Part shown: piece by piece, positions 49,380 through 58,515 of the stretch
Layout of the letters: each line of letters begins with the position of its first letter
How positions within the stretch are numbered: the stretch's first letter is position 1
Assembly: GCA_944320305.1 (NCBI GenBank)
Contig: CALUGW010000003.1
Span: 45,372 to 109,371, forward strand
Direction of reading: 5' to 3'
DNA: 64,000 bases
Origin: an uncultured Prevotella sp.
GTDB lineage: Bacteria; Bacteroidota; Bacteroidia; Bacteroidales; Bacteroidaceae
Position numbers and translations under genes: made by a program
Notes under the pieces: generated by a model
What the model was told of the DNA's origin: nothing
The model's input: the letters and a program-made list of their open reading frames with translations, nothing else
The model's database searches: none

Positions 49380-50609
49380 TTACAGTTCTTTCTCCAGTAT
49401 AGCCTCCACCTGCGCTGCGTCGGGGTTGATGGCCAGAATCCGCCCGTCGCGGCCAACGAGGAAGCGGGCGCCGCCGGCATTGCCAACGCCGTATTTCACC
49501 CAGAGGCCAAGGCGGTCGTTCAGCTCAATGAGGTTGAGCCAGGGATAGCCGTCGCGCTCTATCGCCTTCTTCATGGCGTGCGAATCGCGGAACTCGCGGG
49601 CCACGCCCACTACGGTGAAGCCGCGGTCTTTGTACTTATTATATACCGGGATGAGAGCCATCGAGTGGCTGCGGCACGACCCGCACCAGTTGCCCCAAAG
49701 ATCTATCAGGGCCACGCGGCCCTCGATTTCCGCCGAGAGCGTGTGGCCAGCGCCGCCGAGGTCGGGCGCGGTGAAGTCAAAATAGCGGCCTCCCACCCTC
49801 GTGTTGCACCCCGCGAGCCAGCCCTGCAGCCACCTCGTGGCGTAGGCAGCGGGATACTTCTTGGCGTAAATCTCCTCTACGGCGCGGCGCACCAAGGCCG
49901 TGTCGGCCAATCCGCTCGCAGCCGCGTCTTGCAGGAAATAAAGCCCAACGGGGCCGGGATGCTCAACGGCATAGCGGCAGCGGGCCTTGTACTCCCGCCG
50001 GAAAGCCTCGCCAATGGCCTTTTCGGCCGCCTCAAACTCGGGGGTATAAACCCTACCCTCATCGAACATACGCCTCATCCCGGCCTCTATCGCCTTGATG
50101 GAGTCGCGGTCTTTGGTACACTGGCGCAGTTCCAGTAGCCGCCGCGCAGGCTCCGCATAGTCGCGCCCTGCCCGCTCTAAAGCATCCCGCCAGCCAAAGG
50201 CGTTTTTCGTGATGGTGTCTGTGGCGGCCTTCACGCGCCTCATCTCGCTGTTGAGCGGCGTGGATGTAATGACATCGGCCACGCTGTCGGGGTGGAACTT
50301 GATATGCACAGCCCCTTCCTCGGCAAAGAAATGCGCAAATATTCCATTGCCGCCTTTTGATGCCGTGATGTCATACACAGTGCTTCCGTCGGCTTCCAGC
50401 TCGTAGCGGAAACGCCCGTCGCGAACAGGTATGGTGTCGCCATAATAGCGGCCGTCCTCACCATAGCGAACTATGTTTACAAGAGAGGCCGGGTAGCCGT
50501 TCAGTTCGCCCGTCACCACGCACACTTTCTTCCCGCCTTGCTGCGCCATGCCGGGCAGCGAGGCCGCAGCCATCATTGCGGCAATGGCCAAAAATCCAAG
50601 TCTGCTCAT
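49380..50609 (-). CDS. TlpA-family disulfide reductase (paralog 2)
   Basis: Signal peptide; DLWGNWCGSC; C-terminal domain very similar to paralog 1. Confidence 0.9.
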   Translation of the reverse strand: MSRLGFLAIAAMMAAASLPGMAQQGGKKVCVVTGELNGYPASLVNIVRYGEDGRYYGDTIPVRDGRFRYELEADGSTVYDITASKGGNGIFAHFFAEEGAVHIKFHPDSVADVITSTPLNSEMRRVKAATDTITKNAFGWRDALERAGRDYAEPARRLLELRQCTKDRDSIKAIEAGMRRMFDEGRVYTPEFEAAEKAIGEAFRREYKARCRYAVEHPGPVGLYFLQDAAASGLADTALVRRAVEEIYAKKYPAAYATRWLQGWLAGCNTRVGGRYFDFTAPDLGGAGHTLSAEIEGRVALIDLWGNWCGSCRSHSMALIPVYNKYKDRGFTVVGVAREFRDSHAMKKAIERDGYPWLNLIELNDRLGLWVKYGVGNAGGARFLVGRDGRILAINPDAAQVEAILEKEL

Positions 50610-50722
50610 AAGCCTTTATTTTGCTTGTTCATTATTTCCGTCACGCGCTTTATCATGTACTTGCCGCGCAGCCCGCGCTCCACGATGCACCCGTCAGCCA
50701 CGAAAAGGAGAGACAACGGTAC
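50606..50722 (-). pseudogene. Possible relic C-terminus of a third TlpA gene
   Basis: Frame reads VPLSLLFVADGCIVERGLRGKYMIKRVTEIMNKQNKGL*, resembling the TlpA C-terminal P-x-S-x-L-x-D-G-x-I-V-x-R-G-L-R-G pattern. Its TGA overlaps the next ATG, and there is an in-frame stop upstream. Confidence 0.4.
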
Positions 50723-50960
50723 AAAACAAGAAGAAGGAGAGCCTGCCCCCTATTTCCCACTGTGCAGCTTGCCCGATGCAAATATAAGGTTTTTTTCGTT
50801 GAATGCCATGGATTACGGGTAGATTTAACTGTATTTTTAGTAAACACAAGGCTGCCTCCACCCACCATCAGGTGGCCCTATGCAAATTTGCCCAAACGCC
50901 GTTGCCAACCGAACCACCGCCCCAAATGTTAAAAAAGTGCTGCCGAACACCCCCCATTTT

Positions 50961-51297
50961 CCGCGTATTTTAAAACAAAAACCTTTTGGCCGCAAATACG
51001 CGAGCCACGGGCGTGCAGCCGTAACCAACTGGTCTAATGAGACTTATTGGGCTAATTAGACATTGTGTGCAACTTTCTCAGTCCCCAAGGCAGCCCTTTT
51101 CAGCCACCAAACGGCCATTTTTGCCCTGCAAGAAGGGCTGTTTCGACTTCCAATATGGCCCATATCGCAATGCAATATGGCCTATATCGCAACGCGATAT
51201 GACCCTTTTTGCAAAACAGCGGGGCGTTTTCCGCCGTTTGAGAGGACAAAAACGCCCCGCTGTTTTTCTATTTCGCCACCTCTTGCCGTGTTAAATT
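50961..51297 (-). repeat. Dispersed repeat family A, full-length 337-bp copy
   Basis: The reverse complement aligns by eye with 24254-24590 from AATTTAACAC to AAATACGCG. Tandem 22-bp units at 51151-51194. Confidence 0.8.
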
Positions 51298-51476
51298 CAG
51301 AGCGCCAATCAGCCAAAAAGAGTTAAAAAGAAGTAACCGGTCGCTTACATCAAAGCAAAAATCATTATCTTTGCATAATGCAAGCTGTAGAGAGTGCGGT
51401 GTGGAGCGAGATGCCATACGCTCTTTGCCATTCCGCAGGCGGCCTGCACACATTATATTATATAAGCGTTAGAAGC

Positions 51477-52259
51477 GTGAAGATAAAGGAAGTGATGAGC
51501 GCCCTTGAACGATTCGCGCCTCTGCCCTTGCAGGAAGACTGGGACAACGCCGGCCTGCAACTGGGACTGACAGAGGCGGAAGCATCAGGGGCTTTATTGT
51601 GCCTTGACGTCAACGAGCGCATCGTGGACGAGGCCACAGCCAAGGGCTGCAACCTCATAGTGAGCCACCACCCGCTGCTGTTCCGCGGGCTGAAGCAGAT
51701 TTCAGACGCCGACTATGTGCAGCGCACGGTCATGAAGGCCATCCGCGCGGGCGTGGCCGTGGTGTCGATGCACACCAACATGGACAACACCCGGGGCGGC
51801 GTGAACTTCAAGATGGCCGAGAAGATGGGGCTCGAGGGCGTGGAGTTCTTCGCCCCGAAGGGCGGAGGAGCTGACGCCGGCAGCGGCGTGATCGGCTCGC
51901 TGCCCGAGGCCATGGCCGCCGACGACTTCGTGATAAGCCTCAAAAGGCAGTTCGACGTGGAGTGCGCACAGTGCAACGAGCTGCTGCGCCGCCCCATCAG
52001 GCGCGTGGCTCTGTGCGGCGGCGCGGGCGACTTCCTGCTGGGCGAGGCCGTCAAGGCCGGGGCCGACGCCTTCGTGACGGGCGAGATGCACTACCACGTC
52101 TACGCCGGCCACGAGCAGCAGGTGCAGATATGCGTCATAGGCCACTACCAGAGCGAGCAGTACACCAGCGAGATATTCAAATCAATAATCGGCGAGGCCT
52201 GCCCCGGCTTGCCGCTGCACATCGCCGAGACAAACACAAACCCGATAATATATTTGTAA
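51477..52259 (+). CDS. Nif3-like dinuclear metal-centre protein (YbgI family)
   Basis: QEDWDNAGLQLG, VSHHPLLF, HTNMD, ALCGGAG, TGE..YH and GHYQSE motifs. GTG start assumed. Confidence 0.9.
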   Translation: MKIKEVMSALERFAPLPLQEDWDNAGLQLGLTEAEASGALLCLDVNERIVDEATAKGCNLIVSHHPLLFRGLKQISDADYVQRTVMKAIRAGVAVVSMHTNMDNTRGGVNFKMAEKMGLEGVEFFAPKGGGADAGSGVIGSLPEAMAADDFVISLKRQFDVECAQCNELLRRPIRRVALCGGAGDFLLGEAVKAGADAFVTGEMHYHVYAGHEQQVQICVIGHYQSEQYTSEIFKSIIGEACPGLPLHIAETNTNPIIYL

Positions 52260-52261
52260 AA

Positions 52262-53122
52262 ATGGCAAAGAAAGACCCAACAGACTTGTCAGTGGAAGAG
52301 AAGCTGAAGGCTCTCTACCAGCTGCAGACCACACTGTCGGCCATCGACGAGAAGAAGGCGCTCAGAGGCGAGCTGCCCCTGGAAGTGCAGGACCTTGAGG
52401 ACGAAATCGAGGGACTGACCATAAGAGTGGACAAGATCAGGCGCGAGATCGACGAGTTCCAGAAGGCCGTGAGCCAGAAGAAGGCCGAGATAAACGAGGC
52501 GCAGGCCAGCGTGGAGCGCTACAAGATGCAGCTCGACGAGGTTAAGAACAACCGCGAGTATGACACGCTGAGCAAGGAGATAGAGTTCCAGACGCTCGAG
52601 ATTGAGCTGTGCAACAAGAAGATACGCGAGGCGCAGACAAGCATAGAGGCCAAGACCCAGGAGCTGCAGCAGAACGAGGAGACCATCAAGGAGCGCCAGA
52701 GCGACCTCGAGATAAAGAAGAACGAGCTTGACGAAATCATGGAGGAGACCCGCGCCGAGGAGGAGAAGCTCAAGCAGAAGGTGACGGAGCTTGAGGCGAA
52801 AATAGAGCCGAGGCTGCTCTCCTCGTTCATGCGCATACGCAAGAACGCCCGCAACGGCCTGGGCATCGTCTACGTGCAGCGCGACGCCTGCGGCGGATGC
52901 TTCAACAAAATACCGCCCCAGCGCCAGCTGGACATCAAGATGCACAAGAAAATCATTGTCTGCGAGTATTGCGGACGCATAATCATCGACCCCGAGCTGG
53001 CCGGCATCAAGACCGAAAAGCCAGCCACAGAGGAGAAGAAGAAGCCCGCCACACGCAAGCGCTCCATCCGCAAGACAGTGAAAAAGGAAGACGACGACAT
53101 TGTGCCCGAGGCAATGCTCTGA
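52262..53122 (+). CDS. Coiled-coil protein with C4 zinc ribbon (CT398/HP0958-like)
   Basis: Long coiled coil followed by CGGC…CEYCGRI; standard partner of Nif3. Confidence 0.9.
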   Translation: MAKKDPTDLSVEEKLKALYQLQTTLSAIDEKKALRGELPLEVQDLEDEIEGLTIRVDKIRREIDEFQKAVSQKKAEINEAQASVERYKMQLDEVKNNREYDTLSKEIEFQTLEIELCNKKIREAQTSIEAKTQELQQNEETIKERQSDLEIKKNELDEIMEETRAEEEKLKQKVTELEAKIEPRLLSSFMRIRKNARNGLGIVYVQRDACGGCFNKIPPQRQLDIKMHKKIIVCEYCGRIIIDPELAGIKTEKPATEEKKKPATRKRSIRKTVKKEDDDIVPEAML

Positions 53123-53271
53123 GGCACGACACCACCCCGAGGCGGGCCGGAAACGCGGTGTTTCCGGCCCGCCTCAGTTACCCGCCCCAACAAAATAAAG
53201 CCGCCGCGTTGCAACGTAAGGAAAAAAAACGTAACTTTGCGCCGTAAAACCAGACACAAGCAGACAAGCCG

Positions 53272-54336
53272 ATGAACAACGGAAACGCCGCTAACGGCAA
53301 ATGGAGGCTGCCGGCCGAATGGGAAGAGCAGGACTTCGTTCAGCTCACATGGCCGCACAAGGACACCGACTGGCGGCCCATTCTTGACGAGATAACAGCC
53401 ACATACGTCCGGATGGCCAAAGAGATAGCCCGCCGCGAGCGGCTGCTCATAGTGGCTCCGCAGCCCGAAGAGGCCCTGGCGGCCATCCGCCGGGCGGCGG
53501 GAGAGCACGTAATGGAGAACATCACAGCCGCAGCATGCCCCACCGACGACACCTGGGCGCGCGACCACGCCTTCATATCGCTCACCGACGGGCGCCGCCG
53601 CCGGCTGCTTGACTTCCGCTTCAACGGCTGGGGCGACAAGTTCGAGGCGGCGAAAGACAACGCCATAAACCGCCATCTGTACGACTCGGGAGCCGTAAGC
53701 GGCGAATATGCCGACCACAATGACTTCGTTCTGGAAGGCGGCGCGATAGAAAGCGACGGCCGCGGCACGGTGTTCACCACCACGGGCTGCCTGCTCGCGC
53801 CCCACCGCAACCAGCCCATGGACAGGCAAGGCATAGAGGACTATCTCAAAAAGACGCTCCACGCGGGGCGCATAGTGTGGATCGACCACGGCCAGCTGAC
53901 AGGCGACGACACCGACGGACACATTGACACCCTGGTGAGGGTTGCCCCGGACGACACGCTGCTCTACGTGGGCTGCGACGACACGGCCGACGAACAGTAC
54001 GCCGAGCTGCACGCCATGGAAGGGCAGCTGCGCTCGCTCGCCACAGCCGACGGACGGCCATACCGCCTGCTCAGGCTGCCCATGCCGCGCCCCATCGCCC
54101 GCGACGGCGAGCGGCTGCCGGCCACCTACGCCAACTTCCTTGTCGTCAACGGAGCCGTGCTCTATCCCACCTACGCCCAGCCGGAACTCGACGCCGAGGC
54201 GGCAGCCGTCATCGGCGAGGCCTTCCTCGGCAGGGAGATTGTGGGAATAGACTGCCGCAGCGTGATCGTGCAGCACGGCTCGCTGCACTGCTGCACCATG
54301 CAGTATCCCAAAATCCAACCGAGCCAATTGGCATAA
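53272..54336 (+). CDS. aguA: Agmatine deiminase family protein
   Basis: LPAEWE, WARDH, EGGAIESDG.G, DTDGHID, ATYANF and GSLHCCT motifs. Confidence 0.9.
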   Translation: MNNGNAANGKWRLPAEWEEQDFVQLTWPHKDTDWRPILDEITATYVRMAKEIARRERLLIVAPQPEEALAAIRRAAGEHVMENITAAACPTDDTWARDHAFISLTDGRRRRLLDFRFNGWGDKFEAAKDNAINRHLYDSGAVSGEYADHNDFVLEGGAIESDGRGTVFTTTGCLLAPHRNQPMDRQGIEDYLKKTLHAGRIVWIDHGQLTGDDTDGHIDTLVRVAPDDTLLYVGCDDTADEQYAELHAMEGQLRSLATADGRPYRLLRLPMPRPIARDGERLPATYANFLVVNGAVLYPTYAQPELDAEAAAVIGEAFLGREIVGIDCRSVIVQHGSLHCCTMQYPKIQPSQLA

Positions 54337-54384
54337 TTCGGCCAACCGGACCAATAAGACCAATTTTCCACCAACCAAGAAAAC

Positions 54385-55269
54385 ATGAAAGAGCTCAAGA
54401 TAGGATTCCTCCAGCAGCACAACACGGCCGACACGCGCGGCAACATCGTGCGCCTGGCCGAGGGCATAGCAGGCCTCTCGCGGCGCGGCGCACAGCTCAT
54501 CGTGCTGCAGGAACTGCACAACTCGCTGTACTTCTGCCAGACAGAGGACGTCAACAACTTCGACCTCGCCGAGCCGATACCCGGCCCGTCCACCGAGATG
54601 TTCGGCGAACTGGCCCGACAGTACGGCGTGGTCATCGTCACGTCGCTGTTCGAGCGGCGCGCGCCCGGCCTTTATCACAACACGGCCGTGGTAATAGAGA
54701 GCGACGGAACCGTAGCCGGCAAGTACCGCAAGATGCACATCCCCGACGATCCGGCCTACTACGAGAAGTTCTACTTCACGCCCGGCGACCTCGGCTTCCG
54801 GCCAATCGACACGTCTGTTGGCCGCCTCGGGGTGATGGTCTGCTGGGACCAGTGGTACCCTGAGGCCGCCCGCCTGATGGCGCTCCGGGGCGCGGAGCTG
54901 CTCATCTACCCCACCGCCATCGGCTACGCCCTGAGCGACACGCCCGACGAACAGCAGCGGCAACGACGCGCCTGGCAGACCGTGCAGCGCGGACACGCCG
55001 TGGCCAACGGCCTGCCCGTGGTCGCAGTGAACCGCGTAGGCTTCGAGCCAGACCCCTCGGGGCAGACCGAAGGCATACAGTTCTGGGGCACATCGTTCGT
55101 GGCCGGGCCGCAGGGCGAGCTGTACTACGAGGCGTCCGACGACGATGAAGAGAGCATAATCGTGAGCATTGACATGGAGCACGGCGAGCAGGTGCGCCGC
55201 TGGTGGCCGTTCCTGCGCGACCGCCGCATCGACGACTACGGCGGCATCACCCGGCGGTTCATCGACTGA
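54385..55269 (+). CDS. aguB: N-carbamoylputrescine amidase (carbon-nitrogen hydrolase)
   Basis: LQEL, YRKMHIPD, EKFYF and VCWDQWYPE nitrilase triad motifs; adjacent to aguA. Confidence 0.88.
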   Translation: MKELKIGFLQQHNTADTRGNIVRLAEGIAGLSRRGAQLIVLQELHNSLYFCQTEDVNNFDLAEPIPGPSTEMFGELARQYGVVIVTSLFERRAPGLYHNTAVVIESDGTVAGKYRKMHIPDDPAYYEKFYFTPGDLGFRPIDTSVGRLGVMVCWDQWYPEAARLMALRGAELLIYPTAIGYALSDTPDEQQRQRRAWQTVQRGHAVANGLPVVAVNRVGFEPDPSGQTEGIQFWGTSFVAGPQGELYYEASDDDEESIIVSIDMEHGEQVRRWWPFLRDRRIDDYGGITRRFID

Positions 55270-55334
55270 CGGCCGCCGCACGCCTGCAAGCAAACGCACA
55301 ATAACAACCAAGCAAACAAACAAAGATACAAGAT

Positions 55335-57527
55335 ATGTCTGCAAATTTAAGATTTCAGGTCGTAGAAGAGGCCTTTAAGAAGAAAGCCGTAGAGGTGCCG
55401 ACGCCCAAGGAGCGGCCGTCGGAATACTTCGGAAAGTACGTGTTCAACCGCGAGAAGATGTACAAGTACCTGTCGAAAGACGTCTACGAGAAACTCACAG
55501 ACGTTATCGACAACGGCACCAGACTCGACCGCTCGATAGCCGACGCCGTGGCCGCCGGCATGAAGCGGTGGGCCATGGAGATGGGCGTGACACACTACAC
55601 GCACTGGTTCCAGCCGCTGACCGAGGGCACGGCCGAGAAGCACGACGCCTTCGTTGAGCACGACGGCAAGGGCGGAATGGTGGAGAACTTCAGCGGGAAG
55701 CTGCTCGTGCAGCAGGAGCCTGACGCCAGCTCGTTCCCCAACGGCGGCATACGCAACACCTTCGAGGCCCGCGGCTACTCGGCCTGGGACCCCACATCGC
55801 CCGTCTTCATCATCGACGACACACTCTGCATACCCACAATTTTCATCTCATACACAGGCGAGGCGCTCGACTATAAGGCCCCGCTGCTGCGCGCGCTCCA
55901 CGCCGTTGACCAGGCCGCCACGGACGTTTGCCACTACTTCTACCCCGAGGTGACCCGCGTGAAGTGCAATCTCGGATGGGAGCAGGAGTACTTTCTCGTG
56001 GACGAGGGGCTTTACTCAGCCCGCCCCGACCTCATGCTCACGGGCCGCACACTGATGGGGCACGAGAGCGCGAAGAACCAACAGATGGACGACCACTACT
56101 TCGGCACCATCCCGGACCGCGTGCAGGCCTTCATGAAAGACCTCGAAATACAGGCTCTGGAGCTGGCCATCCCGTGCAAGACGAGGCACAACGAGGTGGC
56201 GCCAAACCAGTTTGAGCTTGCGCCGATATACGAGGAGTGCAACCTCGCGGTGGACCACAACATGCTGCTCATGTCGCTCATGAAGAAAGTGGCGCGCAAG
56301 CACGGCTTCCGCGTGCTGCTCCACGAAAAGCCGTTCGACGGCATAAACGGCTCGGGCAAGCACAACAACTGGAGCCTCTGCGCCGACAACGGTGTGCTGC
56401 TGCACGCTCCGGGCAAGACGCCGGAGGAGAACCTGCGCTTCGTGACATTCATCGTGGAGACGCTGATGGCCGTCTACAAGCACAACGGACTGCTCAAGGC
56501 GAGCATCATGAGCGCCACCAACGCCCACCGTCTGGGAGGCAACGAGGCGCCGCCGGCCATCATCTCGTCGTTCCTCGGCAAGCAGCTCAACGAACTGCTC
56601 GACCACATCGAGCAGAGCGACAAGGACGAGCTGTTCAACCTGAAGGCCAAGCAGGGTATGGAACTCGACATACCGCAGATACCGGAACTGATCATCGACA
56701 ACACCGACCGCAACCGCACCAGCCCCTTTGCCTTCACGGGCAACCGCTTCGAGTTCCGCGCGATAGGCTCCGAGGCCAACTGCGCCAGCGCGATGATTGC
56801 GCTCAACGCCGCCATGGCCGAGGCACTGACGAACTTCAAGACGCGCGTTGACGCCCTCATCGCAAAGGGCGAGGGCAAGATAAGCGCCATTCTCGACGTG
56901 CTGCGCGAGGACATCAAGGCCTGCAAGCCCATCCGTTTCGACGGCAACGGTTACTCCGAGGAGTGGGTAGAGGAGGCCAGGCGGCGCGGACTGGACACCG
57001 AGCGCAGCTGCCCGATTGTGTTCGAACGCTACCTCGACGAGGACAGCATACGTATGTTTGAGAGCACGAAAGTGATGAAGCGCAAGGAGCTTGAGGCCCG
57101 CAACGAGGTGAAATGGGAGACATATGTGAAGCGCGTGCAGATTGAAGCCCGCGTGATCGGCGACCTGTCGATGAACCACATTATCCCTGTCTCCACCCAC
57201 TACCAGAGCCAGCTCATACGCAACGTGCAGAGCATGAAGGCCGTGTTCCCCGCCGACAAGGCCGAACGCCTGAGCGTGCGCAACATGAAGCTCATCGAGG
57301 AGATTGCCGTCTGCACCGAGTCGATAGAGACTCTTGTGGACGAACTGGTGGAAGCCCGCCGCGTGGCCAACCGCATTGAGAGCATCCACGAGCGCGCCAT
57401 CGCTTACCACGATACGGTGGAGCCGAAGATGCAAGCCATCCGGAAGGAGATCGACAGCCTCGAGATGATTGTGGAGGACGGCCTCTGGACGCTGCCCAAG
57501 TATCGCGAGCTGCTGTTTATAAGATAA
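55335..57527 (+). CDS. glnN: Glutamine synthetase type III
   Basis: THWFQPLT, EPDASSFPNGG, HNEVAP, HEKPF.G.NGSGKH and DRNRTSPFAFTGNRFEFRA motifs; 730 aa. Confidence 0.95.
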   Translation: MSANLRFQVVEEAFKKKAVEVPTPKERPSEYFGKYVFNREKMYKYLSKDVYEKLTDVIDNGTRLDRSIADAVAAGMKRWAMEMGVTHYTHWFQPLTEGTAEKHDAFVEHDGKGGMVENFSGKLLVQQEPDASSFPNGGIRNTFEARGYSAWDPTSPVFIIDDTLCIPTIFISYTGEALDYKAPLLRALHAVDQAATDVCHYFYPEVTRVKCNLGWEQEYFLVDEGLYSARPDLMLTGRTLMGHESAKNQQMDDHYFGTIPDRVQAFMKDLEIQALELAIPCKTRHNEVAPNQFELAPIYEECNLAVDHNMLLMSLMKKVARKHGFRVLLHEKPFDGINGSGKHNNWSLCADNGVLLHAPGKTPEENLRFVTFIVETLMAVYKHNGLLKASIMSATNAHRLGGNEAPPAIISSFLGKQLNELLDHIEQSDKDELFNLKAKQGMELDIPQIPELIIDNTDRNRTSPFAFTGNRFEFRAIGSEANCASAMIALNAAMAEALTNFKTRVDALIAKGEGKISAILDVLREDIKACKPIRFDGNGYSEEWVEEARRRGLDTERSCPIVFERYLDEDSIRMFESTKVMKRKELEARNEVKWETYVKRVQIEARVIGDLSMNHIIPVSTHYQSQLIRNVQSMKAVFPADKAERLSVRNMKLIEEIAVCTESIETLVDELVEARRVANRIESIHERAIAYHDTVEPKMQAIRKEIDSLEMIVEDGLWTLPKYRELLFIR

Positions 57528-57534
57528 TTTTTCA

Positions 57535-57681
57535 GGAGTTCTTCTTTTAGGAGTTAAGGAGTTAGAGGTAGTAAAGGAGTTAAGACGTATGCTTTATTGG
57601 CGGAATCTGATAGCACCCGCAAAGCTATTGTCTTAACTCCTTTACTACCTCTAACTCCTTAACTCCTAAAAGAAGAACTCC
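57535..57681. repeat. Repeat family B: REPIN-like hairpin, copy 2
   Basis: Perfect 52-bp arms (57535-57586 / 57630-57681) around a 43-bp spacer. Confidence 0.9.
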
Positions 57682-57705
57682 TTAACTCTTTCCAACTTCT
57701 TAATC

Positions 57706-58386
57706 TCACGCCACCAAGAACCACACCACGGGAACCGCCAGCGAGGGCAGGAAGTTGAGCGTCTTGCAGTCCTTTATGCCCAGAAGCGACAGGCCGCTGG
57801 CCGTGATCATCAGTCCGCCGACAATCAGAAGCTCGGCCATGAGTGCCTCGCTCACGGCACCGCTCGACACCTCGGCCACCATATAGAACAGCCCCTGCCA
57901 GCAGAACAGCACCGGGGCGGCCAGAACCATGCCGGCGCCATAGGTCGAGGCGAACACCGTGGAGGACACAAAGTCGAGCGTGGCGTTGGTGAAAAGAAAC
58001 GTGTTGTCGCCGTTGAGCGCGCTTATCACGGGGCCGAGCATCGACAGCGGGCCGATGCAGTAGAGCAATATGGCCGTAGAAAGGCCGTCGGCCAGGCTGC
58101 GCCCGCCGCCGCGCCGCGCCCTCCGCTCCACCAGGCGGCGGAAGCGTCCGTCGATGTCGAGAGCCGTGCCCACCACCCCGCCGAGGGCTATGGCGAGGAT
58201 GAAGAGCACGGGATAGCGGCTTTTCGGCATATTGGACATGGCCGCGTTCAGCCCAATGGCAAGGCTGGCCAGGCCCAGCCCGTTGTACAGCACAGCCTTG
58301 TACTTCTCTTTTATGCCACGGTTGAGCAACGCCCCGATGAGCGTTCCGGCGATGATGGCGCACGTGTTAACTATCGTTCCAATCAT
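57706..58386 (-). CDS. DUF554 family membrane protein
   Basis: MIGTIVN..AII.G..IG, YCIGPLSMLG and K..LD-like (NATLDFVSS) motifs. Confidence 0.85.
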   Translation of the reverse strand: MIGTIVNTCAIIAGTLIGALLNRGIKEKYKAVLYNGLGLASLAIGLNAAMSNMPKSRYPVLFILAIALGGVVGTALDIDGRFRRLVERRARRGGGRSLADGLSTAILLYCIGPLSMLGPVISALNGDNTFLFTNATLDFVSSTVFASTYGAGMVLAAPVLFCWQGLFYMVAEVSSGAVSEALMAELLIVGGLMITASGLSLLGIKDCKTLNFLPSLAVPVVWFLVA

Positions 58387-58515
58387 GTTTCCTGTCAAGT
58401 TTTCACGTGCAAAATTAGTCAATAATCCGCATTCCGCCGCCAAAATCATGCTCCGGCGACAGCCGCTTTGACAAAAAAGAAGTACTTTTGCGGGCTGAAC
58501 AGAAAGAACACAGAA

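Noticed and set aside
51085-51240. 22-bp periodic repeats as a CRISPR array
   Set aside because: The units are contiguous and degenerate with no unique spacers, and there are no cas genes. They belong to dispersed family A.
51376-51476. Riboswitch in the Nif3 5' UTR
   Set aside because: There is one imperfect hairpin only, with no match by eye to ZTP, THF or other known aptamer consensus.
52870-55344. 824-aa antisense ORF, and similar long shadow ORFs (27533-29008 +, 56016-57434 -, 12030-13322 -, 59232-60491 -)
   Set aside because: They lie opposite well-supported genes with high GC3, which suppresses antisense stop codons, and they show no recognisable motifs.
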